From Lama guanicoe (Eukaryota), in NCBI GenBank assembly GCA_013239625.1, contig MU053629.1, forward strand, positions 3,251,567-3,315,566: DNA of 64,000 bases, read 5' to 3'. Below, piece by piece: positions 1 through 12,600 of the stretch. Position 1 is the first letter of the stretch. Each line of letters starts with the position of its first letter. The notes below the pieces were generated by a model that saw only the letters and a list, made by a program, of their open reading frames with translations, did not search any database and had not been told where the DNA came from. The position numbers were made by a program, and so were the translations under genes.

Positions 1-100
1 AAAATGGGGATTATAGCAGTACCTTCCTCTGAGGGTAGTGATGAAAATTAAATAAATTATTCTCCGTAATGTTCCTAGACAGTGCCTGGCCCAGAGGAAT
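1..100 (+). mobile_element. MIR 3' part
   Basis: aaaatggggattatagcagtacct..gagggtagtgatgaaaattaaat..acagtgcctggc. Confidence 0.7.
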
Positions 101-2904
101 TGCTATAAATGCTTTTTTTTGGGGGGGGGTTATTACATGTGGCCCATATGAGCCCGAGGCCTGCTGCGGATGGAAGAAAAGAAACTTAAGACCACTCTGT
201 GCCACTTTGGTAATGCTTGCCCTGTTTCACCCTCACACCACCCTGCGAGGCCCTCCACTCACTGCCAGGCGAGCAGAGTGAGACTCAAGAGGCGAGCCTG
301 CTGGCCAGCAGCTCACCCAGTTGTGGGGCGGCAGGGCTGAGATTCAAACTCAGGTTTCCCGGACTCAGAGCCTATGCTCGTCCCATTCTGCCCAGCAGAC
401 TCCACTGAAGAACCACGGGGAGTGATGGGAACCAAAGTCTGCGAACACCTGCGACATGCCAGGCTCTTAGACTGTGACGTCACCACCCCCCTCCCCCCAC
501 AGGGTACGGAGGTCAAGTGCAGCGCCGTTCTGTCACGGCCCTGCTCGGGGACTGCAATGACGCCCTCTTACCTGCAGGGTTGAGCACAGGTCCCCACCCC
601 AGCTGCAGGGCCCAGCCTGCTCTGCTCCCACTCTGGGGCCATGGGGAACCCGCACCCCGCTCTCCTGGGCCTGTCTCAGGGAATTAACACTCCTGGCAAC
701 TTTCAGGAGAGGCGAGAACAATTATTTACCGGTGTTTTTGGAGAGAAATTTTGAGGTGTTTATTTTCCTTTCATTTATCTCCATTGTTAGTTTTCCTATT
801 AACCCCACCTTGAAGTAATTTATTCATGACCTTTTTCTGCAACATCTTTCATTTTCTAGACATAATCACACCTTCTGGCAGGAATCCCTTCCCCCTCCTG
901 GGGTCCGTAATTACTCCTGCAGATGGGATGACTGGTGCTAATGACTAAGGGGGGAGACGGCTGTGGAGGGGCCTGGCTGGGGGGGATTTTGGAGCTTGAG
1001 GGCAGGGGTAGCAGGAGGGGAGTGGGCTCATCCTTTTCCCAGACCCGCAGCCTTGGTGGGGGAGTCAAGTCTGCGACTCGGGGCCCACGGCTCCCGTTAC
1101 ATCTCTGGGTGCACACACCTGGCACTTCTCCGAGCGTTTTCGATGAAGTGTTTCGTCTCAGCTTTACACCAGACCCAGGATTCAGGGAGCAAGGTTTATG
1201 CCCCAGTTTACAGAAGATAAAGTTAAGGCACAGAGGTGAAGGGACTCGGGCGAAGTCAAACAGCGAGTAGGCGGCGGAGCCAGGGTTGGAGCCCAGGTCT
1301 GACTCCCGAATGGCCTCTGCTCAGCACCAACCTCCCGTCCCCGCGCAGCTGTCCTGAGGCGAGCTTGGCCTTGGAGGCTTAAGCCCTGGGTTCTAGGCCC
1401 AGCTCGAGGTCCTCTCAAGTCAGGTCATCTCGGACAAGACTTGTAACTGATCTGAACTTCAGTTTCCTCGTCTGGGAGATAACAGCTAACAATACTCGCC
1501 CAGCGTTCCTCACAGGAGAGCCAGGGGGACTAACAAACTCGAGTGTGAGACAGCTGGGTAAACTGTAAAGCGCTGTCCCACAGTAAGGGAGGCAGCCCGA
1601 GGGTCCCAGCCACCTCCCCTTAAAAGACAGAAGGCGGGAGGTCCCAAGGCTCCAACTGAGAAAAGACGTTTCTGGGGTTGTCCTCTCTCCTGGGAAAAGG
1701 CCTGAGAGGGTGTCAAAGCTGGTTACTTATTTACCACGGACCCACAGCCCTCCCCTCTCCAGACAATTTTTGTTTGTAGCTGGAAGTGTAGGCTCTAGCC
1801 TCAAACAGCTGCAGGCCCAGCTCCTGGGGGCCGTTTACCAACAAGGGCAGGTTTCTTCAGCTCTCTGAGCCTCAGTTTCCTCATCTGCAAAGTGGGGATC
1901 CTAACAGCTCTACCTGCAGGGTTGCTGGGGGGGATGGAGAGCAGAGTGCCCGACCCAGGCGCACAGCATCTCCACTTGGCCGGCCCTCTCCCCTAGAACT
2001 TTGGGGGAAGCTCCTCCAACACCGGCCCCTCCGGAGTCTGTGGGGTGGCCAGCACTGGGAGCCGGCAGGGGAAGAAAGCCATCAATGCCAGAGACTTGCA
2101 CAAAAAAAAAAACTGGGAGTGTCTAAAGCATGGACGCTTCAGACCTGCCCCATTCGCTTCTCTGCTGCACATGGGGAGAGCTGCAGGCGCCAGGCCTGAG
2201 CCCCAAGCCCCAGCTCCAGCCCCAGCGATGAGGGCACTGATGAACACACGAGGAGCGAGGAGTGTGGCCGGGAGAGGGTGGTGTCACGTGCGGAATGTTT
2301 ATTTTGTAGAAGAGTTGGAACAGGGTCCCAGATGGGGAAGGCTGGACTCAGCCTTGGTGACATAAAACCAATTTTCCCTATTTTGCTCTGTGGATTAATT
2401 GCCAGCATGATTTAACACTCTGGTGACACCCTCATCCCTCTCTGCCCTGGGAAAAATCAGTAGGCTCTTTGCTCTGGGAACAGCAAACTCATGAGATGGA
2501 GGTGGAGGTGGAAAAAGCATCGGATTGGGAGTTAGGTCCCTTGCTCTCCATCCTGGTTCTGCCAATGATTTGCTGTGTGAGTTGAGATAAGTCACATTTC
2601 CTCTCTGGACCTCGGCTGCCTCCTTCGTAAAATAAGAGGGTGCACTAGGGGAGCACTGAGCACGCTTCCAGCTCTGCCATTGTGAAGGGTAATTCCCATT
2701 TTGTGCTGACGTGACCAGGTAGGCAGGCATTATTCATCCGTACTACAGACAGGAAACTGGGGCTCAGAGGCTGAGCACGTTGCCTAAGGGCACACGGCTA
2801 CTGAGAGGCAGACTTGCGATTCCCATCCAAGCCTGTCTCACCCCGAAGTCCATGCTTTTGCCTCCAGTAAGCATCTCTAGACCACAACATAAGGAACCTC
2901 AACA

Positions 2905-3105
2905 ATCATTTACTGAACATTCGCCACATGCCAGGCTTTTCCCTGAGCATCGTACATATCTTATCTAATTCAGTCCTAAGAATGACACTAGAACACAATG
3001 CCATTATTCCTCCTGTTTTACAGATGAAAAACTAAGGCTTGAGAAGCGCAAGTAACTGGGCCAAGGCCACCCGGCAGGTGACAGCAGGGCTGGGACTTGA
3101 GTACT
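2905..3105 (-). mobile_element. MIR
   Basis: catttactgaac..gttttacagatgaaaaactaaggct..gtaactgggccaaggccac. Confidence 0.75.
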
Positions 3106-4384
3106 GGACTGTGTGTGTATATGGGTTTATAGTTTTGGACCACTTTCGCTATTTTGCCCCACCTGTGCGCCTCTGCTCACACGGGTGTGGCAGCTCAGGG
3201 GTGAATTCCTCACCCCCAGAGCAGCAGCTCGGAAATTCTTTTACTGTAATAATTAGGAACCTAGTCAATGGCGGAGGGCGGGGCATGCGAAGCTGGTTTT
3301 CTGGTTGTAGGGCTAATTGTCCGCAGAGCTCGGTTTGACGACGGACAGAACAATTAGAAGAGGAAATGCACACACACTGTATACACGTCACCTGGCTCTA
3401 ATTTTCAGTGCACATTCATTCTCTTCTCGTCCCGCAGCTGCCCTGGTTCCCTAGTTCCAGCTCAAGAGCCGCACCGGAGGGAGACGCGCACTTTACCCAG
3501 CTGGTGGGGGGAAGGCGGGTGTGTGGGGGACGGTCACGTCTTTAAAGGACATCAGAAGCCTTGGAGGGAAATTCAATCCCTGCTTCACTGATCTGGATTT
3601 TTGTAACTCTCATCCCCCTCCCGCCTTCACCTGCCTGAGCAGCTGAGGTTTGCATATGACCTACCGACAGCACGGAGAAAGGGGAGAAAAATGTGGAAAT
3701 GAGTTTGTTCATTTGGGTGATGGAATGCCCGCTCCCTTCGCCAGCATGCAGGGTTCAATAACGGCAGACAGGGCTTCAAAAAATTGCAGCATAAATAGAT
3801 GAGCCCTTTAAGGTAATAGAAATTCTGTCATCCAGGGGAGAAATATAGTCCCCGAATCCCAGGGGAGGGGACGTCTGGGCCCCTCCCCCACCTCCCATGC
3901 TCCCTGTCCCCATTATAGCCAGAGCTGAAAGGGAGCATCTGTGCTGAGGAAAGACCAGAGGGCCCCTTATCTCCCAGCCACACGGGCTCAGTGTGGGGAG
4001 GAGGTCTGGGAAATCACATCTTTCTAGCTCTGGCAGTGACCTCACGGGCTGTTCACTCCAGGCACCGAGGTAAGCAACAATTAGTCTTGGAGCAGCGGAG
4101 GAGGCCTCATCAGGCTGGCCACCTAGGTGAGGCCTTAATTAAGGAAAGCTGGTCAGCAGAGGAGCGTGGAGGGGCTGAGAAACTGGCCTTCTCCCCTCTG
4201 GTGAGAAAGTCTATTCATGGTTCTGTGGCTGCCCCAGCAACCCTGCAGCTCCCAGCCAGGAGGAAGTTTCAACCAACACTGCTCTCTTCCCCTCGCCCCT
4301 GTGTTCCCCAGATGGGGGGCCCCTTGGGGTAAATATAACAACAACAATAGCAGTGGCAGCATCAACAGTAATAATAATGATGAT

Positions 4385-4610
4385 GATAGCTAACACTCGT
4401 TGAAAGATTACTCCTATGCCAGGTGTTCTAGTTACTGTATATGTATTAGTTAATTTCATCAGCCCAATAATTCATTGGACTTTATTATTATTACTCTTTC
4501 ACATATGAGAAAACAGACTCAGAAAGGCTGGATCTCGCCCAAGGTCACAGAGCTAATCAGCAGCAAAGCTGGTATCTGAAGGCAGGGAATCTGGCTCGAG
4601 TCTCTGAGTA
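4385..4610 (-). mobile_element. MIR
   Basis: ctatgccagg..atgagaaaacagactcaga..gcccaaggtcacagagcta. Confidence 0.75.
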
Positions 4611-6084
4611 GCACCACCACACATCAGGTAGAAAGGAGGTCACGCCATTTGCCCAAAGAACCTGAAAATGATGTGAGGGGACAGCTGCTCCAGTCCCACT
4701 GTAGCTTCCTGCTTTATCTGACAGACAGAGGAGCCAATGGGTGGATTTACGCTCCATCCCTGCTGGCAAGGCCCCTTTGAGAAACACCATGAATTTCCTT
4801 CCCATAAAGGTCAGTCCTGGGAAATTCTGCTAAGGGCACTTGTTGCTCTTCCCAAGATTCTCATTCATTTCAGAGTGTACTGAGCAAGATATTCCCATGG
4901 TAGGCATGAGGTGGGGGCAAAGCAGCAGGAGGTGCAGGGGTGAAGGGAGACAGACTCTGAGCCATGTGCTGTGGGAACAGAGCAGATGGAAGGGTTAATT
5001 CTAAAGTGAGGGATATTCAGGGAAGGCTTCATGGAAGAGGCAGCCTTTGACTTTAGCCTGAAAGGCTGAGAAGGATTTCCACAGACTGAGGTAAGGACAG
5101 TGGGGAGCACATTCGAGGAAAAGGGGAAAGCCTAAGAAATAGCACAGACAGAGGCCCAAAGCAGACACTGCATTTAGGGAAAATTGAATTATGTGTGGCC
5201 ACAGCACAGGTAGCAGAAGATGAGCTTAGGGTGGACTAACTAGTTTTAAGGGCCAGTTACAAATTATCGGAGTTTGAGTTTTATTTGGTAAGTAATGAAA
5301 AGCCATGGACAGGGGTGATGGGACTCCAACATCCAAGGGGAGATACAGCTCTGTTTACTCCCCTCAACCACAATTCAGCTACTCCCTCCTCACTTCCTGC
5401 ATCATCCCTCTCTTGGACACTACCAGGATTCTGCCAGGCTGAGATCCCTGTGACGTGACCCTCACTCTGCCTTCCCCTGCGTCTGTTCACCCTGCTGCTC
5501 TGACTGGGTGAGGAGGACCCTGGGCCAGAGCTATCTTGGAGCAGAGGCTCGTTGAAGCTGTCCAAGGTGCTGAACCAATGCCACAGCCAAGTTTTAGTAC
5601 TTGTATTTTGATGACTGGCTCCCACACCATTGTTTCTCTTGGACAGAGAATTTCACTCCCATTTTACAGATGAGAAATGGAAGTCCCAAGAGTTAGAAGA
5701 ACCAGAGCTAGGAACTTGGTTTCTTGCCTTTCAGCCCAGGGCTCTTTTCTCCTACCCAGCAGCCCCAATGCAGTCCAGCCATGCATACCATGAGTGATTC
5801 CATTGCTGCTGCCAAGCCAACATATAAAATGCCCAGATTCTCCTCCAAATGCATCCCTATGTTCATTTCCCCAAACACTGACAGTTATGTCCATCCCATA
5901 GTGCATCTTGGGACTGACCATTCAGGGTGATCCACCAGGGTGGACCTGCCTGCAACAGCAGCTTTGCATATTTATGGCTCTGCTCTGTTAGGAATCTCTG
6001 GGCATAGCTCATCTTGACACTCTCCTTGGAAGGGAGTGCTGGGCTTGAGGGAAGCAGTGTTCCCCCACTACCCTCATAGTTTAC

Positions 6085-6500
6085 CAACAATGACTACCAA
6101 TTTACTGGACATCTATTGTCCAGGCACTGAGCCATAAAGTTTCCATTTGAAGTTTCTCACTCTCACGGCTAAGCCTCCTCTTAACAGATGAGGAAATTCA
6201 GACTTAGGCAGGATAAATGACTCGCCAGTAGGTACGGCAGGGTTTGGAGGGCCAAGATTTGAACTCAGACTCGTGTGGTTCCATGGTGACCTGTCAATCA
6301 AAGTCTATCATCTAATATATGAGAGGTAAGGTGACTCCCACCACTACTGGCTCTGTGATCCTGAGCAAGTCACTTATCCTGTTTGAACTTCAGCTCTCAT
6401 TTTCAAGTTGAGGAATGTGAAAATGCACCTCTGTGGAGCTCTTGTGAGGACCAGAGATGAAGCATACAGCAAGGACTCAATGAGTGTTTGCTGCTAGTGT
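6085..6500. mobile_element. Two opposed MIRs
   Basis: acagatgaggaaattcagact (minus) then ctctgtgatcctgagcaagtcactt..ttgtgagga (plus). Confidence 0.65.
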
Positions 6501-8402
6501 GAATACAACTCTTATTGGGCACAAGCTCTTAGAAGGCTGGATGGGTATCTGATTAGCCATTCCATACCTCCAGCTGCCCCCCAAGTTCTTAGCAGAGAAA
6601 ATATCCAGTATCCTGGAAGGGAGGAGAGAGTGAGGGCCAGCACACCCAGATTGCGAGATGGGCTTGCGTCTGCCCCATATTCTTGTGGCCTCAAGGGATG
6701 GGAACCACATGGCCAGAGCAGGCATGTCATGGGACCCCTGCGGGTGGTTCTGCACTTCATCATCAGCACCCCTCGTGTTTATGCTGGGCCCGAGGCCATT
6801 CTCAGCCCTCAGAAACTCTGTTTTCATAAAGGTATCCCAACATCCTCCCTAAAGAGCCCTTGGCAGGGAGAGTTCTGGTGGGAGAGGACAGCTGGGGATA
6901 TGGCCCCACATCCGTCATCCCTCACCAATGGCAGGCAGGACCGATGTGGCTCTCACTTTACAGATGAGGAAACTGAGGCCTAGCAAGGTAAAGTGACACG
7001 TCCAGGGTTGCTGAGCCTAGACTCAAGGTCCCCAAACACTCAGAAAAGGGCTCTTTTAATTAGTCTCTAATTAATTGCCCATCCCAAAAATCTTTCAAGG
7101 AAAAAGGCAGGTGCATAAATTCACAAACCAACTCGACAAGTAAACGCATTGCTAATTATCATTGACTGCGGGACATTTCGGGAAGGGTCTCAGCCTGTTT
7201 GCCCTGCTAATGGTTCTGACCCCTGACCTTGACCAGAGCTGGCTAATTGCAGGAAGTTGCATTCATTCAGGGGCTGGAGTGAGGGTAACAGTATAGTTTC
7301 TCCCTTGGAGCTTGGTGCGTGCAGGAATGAGTTACACGGGATGAGAGCAACTGACTATTCTGTAATCACTTTGAGTAGCTCCCGCTCAACACCCAAAAGA
7401 GCCCCAGAAGAGCCTTTCTAGGTAAAATGAGGCTGGGCAGGAGGAGATGGATGGGAATTCATAGGGTCTCACCAGGGCCACTTGGCTCACAATCTATCTT
7501 AGCCTCGAGCCCCAGGCAGGTGGGGCTCCACAGCGAGATGATTCCTCAAGTGCCAAGTCCCCCAAAGTTCAAGGGCAGGAAGTCATCTGCATCCCAGATG
7601 GGAGGAAGAGGGGCAGTGGTCTGGCCTCCAGATTGCTGGAGCCCTGGCCTGGGGGCAGGGGGCCCACAGACACTATTCTCTCTCAGAACCCCGCCTTCAC
7701 CCAGGGCCCAATGGGGAACAGGGAGGCCCACAGACAATGTATACAATCAGATTATAACAACCTCAGGGAGCCACCCCATCCCCTGGCCAACACACACACA
7801 CACCTTCTTGCTCCTACTTTCCCTCATTTCCTCCCGAAGGGTGTGTTCCCTGACTTGGTCCATAGAGTCTGCACAACAGACCAAGTTAGGAATCAGTCAG
7901 TTCATCTCCTCCTGCACACCCACCCTTTACACACGAGGGAAGTAGGACCCTGAGAGGGAGGCCACTTGCCCGAAGTCACAGAACTATCCTAGTATCCAAG
8001 CTGAGTCTGGGTGGGGAGGTCCCCCTAGCAGTCTGGTGTGGTCACATCACCTCGACTTCAGTCACCTGATCACTTGGCGAGGTGAGATTTTTAATCCCAA
8101 GCCACTACTCATGCCTACCCAAACCTCAAGCCTTGGGCACTCCATTTTTTTCCTACGAAAATTATGGACAAAGCTCACACCAATATAGGTAAATTAGAAA
8201 GGAAACCTGCAGGAGGAACAGACTTCTATCGATTTTGAAAAGGCCACTGGGGTCCTCTTTAGCCAGTTTTATCTGCGTTGGGGAGAAGGAAGAGGGAACC
8301 GAACAGAATTCCGTTCTATAGACCAGGGGCAGCCTGCCCACAAAGCACACTGTCGCAGGCAAACCCACCCTCCCACATCGTGACAAGGGCTTCCCTGCAG
8401 AT

Positions 8403-8781
8403 CAGTGGATCTTCACCCTGGCAGCACACTGGCTTCAACCAGACCACACCCAGACCAAATTTATCAGCAACTCCAGGAGGGGGGCCCGAGCATTAGCGTT
8501 TGTAGAGCTCCCCCAGGTAACTCCAGTGCACAGCCCAGCTGAGCACCAGCCCCTCCCTACACAAAGGCCACCGTGTACACCAGGAACTAACACAACATTG
8601 TAAATCGGACATATTCAATTAAAAAAAAAAGTGAGGCCACCGGTCAGCCGCATCGGCATCACCTGGGAGCTTGTTAGACGTGCAGAAACACAGGCCCTTC
8701 CTCAAATCTACTGGATCAGAACCTGCAGTCTAACAAGGCCCCCTGGTGGTTTCTGAGTTCACTCAGGTCTGAGAAGCACTG
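8403..8781 (+). mobile_element. Two adjacent MER5-family (hAT-Charlie) MITEs
   Basis: cagtgg start; gcatcacctgggagcttgttaga..tgcaga..ctactggatcagaa..taacaag..tgagaagcactg. Confidence 0.75.
8574..8630 (+). mobile_element. Very short L1 3' tail with poly(A), inserted into a MER5
   Basis: tgtacaccaggaactaacacaacattgtaaatc..ttcaattaaaaaaaaaa flanked by direct repeat aggccaccg (8565-8573, 8634-8642). Confidence 0.8.
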
Positions 8782-9129
8782 AGGCAAGGTACTCCATGTA
8801 GCTCATCTCTACACCTGACAGCAACTCGGCAAGGCAGGCGTTCCATTCCACAGGTGAGGAAATCCTGAGACAGGGTAACTCACTGGCCCAAGGTCACACA
8901 GTTGGTGAGGAGGACTGCCAGGATGTGACCCCGCGCTGCTTCCAAAGGCCACACTTTGTACCACACAAACCACTTCCTACAGCAGCATAAAAAAAAAAAC
9001 ATGGCCATGGGGGTCCCCTGAATGTTTGGGTTCTCAGACCTGCAGGGCATGCCTCACCTTTGAACAGGATTTCACTTCTAATGTCAAGTTCCCTGGAATC
9101 AATCCTCATAAAGACCAGCATAATTCATG

Positions 9130-9680
9130 AGGAAATACGAATAGTAAACAAACACATGGGGAAAAGGTTTACTCTCCTTAGTAATCAGAGAAATGCAAAT
9201 TTTAGAGCAACGCGGAGGAGCCATTTTCTGCCTATATAATTAGCAAAAATTAGAAAAAAAAAAGAATGTTAGCAGAGTTGTTTTGAAATAGGTAATTCAT
9301 ACACGGCTGCTGGTGGTGTAGATTTATATAACCCTTGATGAAAGTAACATGGCAACATGCATCAAGAGCCATAAATATATTATGCCCACTGACCCTGGGA
9401 AGTCACCCTAAGGAAATAATTCAAAGGAAGGGGGAAAAGCTGTTTGTAGGAAGATGCTCATTGCAACCTTTGCTGTGAACATTGGAGACAGCTCAGTGTT
9501 CAGCAGGATGGCAATAGCTGAGACACCTGGGAGTCCATCAGCTCCCGCAGAGTCATGCAGCCATTTAAAATGAGGATTAAGAAGTCCAAGCAGCAGATGT
9601 GGGTGAAGGAAAGCCAAATATAAAGCTGTGGTTATCATACGTTCTGCAGTTATAATGATGGGAAAATATTGTGTGCATAG
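9130..9680 (+). mobile_element. Old L1 (L1ME-like) 3' fragment
   Basis: tagtaatcagagaaatgcaaat, ctgctggtgg..gta, ttgatgaaagtaacatggca, cagccatttaaaatga motifs. Confidence 0.6.
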
Positions 9681-9872
9681 GATCTGGACAGGGAGGAGCT
9701 GGGTATGAAGAAAACTAGTGTTTCAGGGTGAGGGGACAATGGACAGACCCCTGGTTCCCATTCTTTTACAGTTACAAACCCCAGCAGAACCGGCCATTTG
9801 AGAACAGCCTTGGTGGCTATCCCGTCACAGACTCGATCTCTGAGGGGGACATGGAGACACTCCCATTCTTCA

Positions 9873-10226
<354 letters not shown>

Positions 10227-10799
10227 CTACCCACCCCAAGTCTGGTCTGCCCAGGGCAGCAAGATTGAAGGACCTCTGAGGTGCAGTTGCTTAATGTTTT
10301 GTTTATTGGTCAGAAAATACCAAGGTCACGTGGTCTTATTAGCCCCAAGAAACAGGCTCACAGTTGTTCTGTAAGTTCCCTGAAGTCATACAGCAAGGGA
10401 GTGGCAAAAACCAGGTCTCCTGACTCCCAAACACACAGAGACCAAAGCGGGAGGCAGCCTCTACAGCCCCTTCCCTTGCGGACTGTGAGGCCCGGAGCTT
10501 CACCAGCCTGCCCCCAAGGCAGACGTGGAGCATGCCCCAGGCATAGGAGCGCTGCAGTGAGATCGCATATGGCAATCGCTCTGGCACTGTGCGTGTTGGA
10601 GAGGACGCCCTCCATCTGTGCTTTGCTGGGGCTCTAAGAGTGAGTGAGATTGTCTCCATCCCTTTCCTGTCCGGCCCAGATAAAGAACTATTTGCCTGGA
10701 GCAGAGGCTGTCTGGCGTGACCTCTAGAGAGTGGGGCAACCCCGGGCTGGCAGAGTTCTGATCCAACAGCTGACACCCACACATGATCAGAGGCAATAA

Positions 10800-11217
10800 G
10801 GGTGTGGTGACGGTTTTCTTCTCACGACTTCTGCAGGGAGTGTAACTGACGGCCGGCCCCTGCTACTGTGTCTGAAGTCCACCACCACATTTGCTCAGGG
10901 GTCACACGTCCCCTGGACCACTCTTAGCTGGAGTACAGCAGGGATGGGAAGGTCAACACATTCCCGGGAAATCTGGGACTCCTCTGACTGGGCAAGTTTG
11001 TCTTAACCACCAACCCCCTCCATCTTACTAAACTTCCTTAGAACTGTGCTGCAGTCTAAGACTTTCCACCCAAACTTCCTCCCCGCTCTCCTTCACAAAG
11101 GTCCGAACTGCGTCGCAGCCTGACGCTCTCCCAGCCTCTCCATCTTCCCTGATGGCTCTTTCCCTAGTACATCTCTTGCACTTGGCATCTGCTTCTGGGA
11201 GAACCCAGACTAACAGT
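10800..11217 (+). mobile_element. ERVL solo LTR (LTR16-like)
   Basis: ctccttcaca..actgcgtcgcagcctga..ctctcc..tctcttgcac..ttggcatctgcttctgggagaacccagactaaca 3' end. Confidence 0.6.
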
Positions 11218-11379
11218 CCAGAGAAGATGCCGGATGGTAGACAAGCCTCACAGATCCCCCGTGTCACCTGCCTCTCCGCTCTGGAGTCCAGCTCAAGGGA
11301 TGTGGTAGACAGTAGTGAGCGCTGGGCTGGCGACAAATCTTGGTTCTGACAAATTCCACAAGGCTGTGGGCTTCGTCCC

Positions 11380-11640
11380 CCTGGGTCACTGGTGGATCCC
11401 CAGTGCTTGGCTCATATTCAACACCCAAGTAAGTATTTGGGAATGAACAGTACTTTCACTACATGTAATTATTTTCTGTGTCTGTTGACTTGTTTATCAT
11501 GTCTCCCCACCAGGCGGCAGCTCCGCGGGGGAGGGCCTTTTGTCCATTCCACCTCTGTATTGTCCCCCGGGGCCCAGCAGAGTCCCTGGCTCACTGCAGA
11601 TGCTCAACACACATTCGGCGAATGAACAAATGAATGAACT
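11380..11640 (+). mobile_element. L2 3'-end fragments
   Basis: cagtgcttggctcata..taagtatttgggaatgaa and gatgctcaacacacattcggcgaatgaacaaatgaatgaa tails. Confidence 0.65.
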
Positions 11641-11754
11641 AACTGTGCGAGGCCCAGCCCAAGCCATTTCTCTTCTGGGAGACTTGATTTTCTCGTGGAA
11701 AATGAGGGATGGACAGGAACAGACAGTTCCTGAATAGTAAGTGCGAGGAGCTAA

Positions 11755-12600
11755 TAATCACTTTGGAAAATGTTTAGTCTCATTAATCATCAAGTCAAAA
11801 CAGCAGTTGGATATCACTTTTTCGTCTGTCAACATGGTACAGTTTTTTCTTTTCTTTTTTCTTTCTTTTTAAGGGATAATACTTAATGCTGGTAAAGGTT
11901 TCTGAAAAACAATTTGGGGTTGTGTATCAGGAGTCCTAAAAATATTCAGACCCTTTGGTCTTATAATTCCATTTCTAAGAATCTATCCTAAGGAAATAAT
12001 CACAGTTGTAGAGAAAGATTTATGCACAGAGATGTTCCCTGAAGCATTATTTATAGCAGTGGAAAATGGAAGCAATTTAAATAATAATAAATAAGATGTG
12101 GCCAGGCTATTAAAAGACCAGGCCCTTTACACCTACATTTCTAAACTTCAAGTAAGCCTGTGAGCTAGGCATCGGCGCCTCTATTTTTCAGACAGTGCCT
12201 GGGGGCGTATGACTTGCCCAAGGTCACAAAGGCTAACTCAGTGGCAGCAGAGATTCAAACCCAGGTCTGTCTGGCTGTGTTCTGTCCACTGCCTCACGGC
12301 ACCTCTGACTACAGGGTGCTGGTTAAATGAATTATGGCAATTCAGATGAAGGATTGTTAGAGAAGTATTCAAATGTTTTCCAAACTGTTTCATGATAGGA
12401 CACAAGGGGAAGTGAAATAAGCAAATTGCATACAATGTCATGATCTGAAATATGAAAAAAAGTGATACAGACATGGATGAAGAATGAGCAAGTTGTAACC
12501 AAATGGCTTTTGTGCTCACCTCTGGGGTGAGAAATCATGAGTGACTCTGAGTTTTTTCTTTAAATGTCTCTATCTCTCTAACTCTCTCAAACTGAGCATC
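11755..12600 (+). mobile_element. Old L1 (L1ME-like) fragments interrupted by MIR (about 12150-12300)
   Basis: ataattccatttctaagaatctatcctaaggaaataatca..gatgttc..gcattatttatagcag; ggttaaatgaattatgg. Confidence 0.6.

Noticed and set aside
572..700. Minus-strand cryptic exon ending in strong donor CAG|gtaaga at 571
   Set aside because: Nearby acceptors do not match the phase-0 frame and the peptide is not EGF-like; an isolated donor is common by chance.
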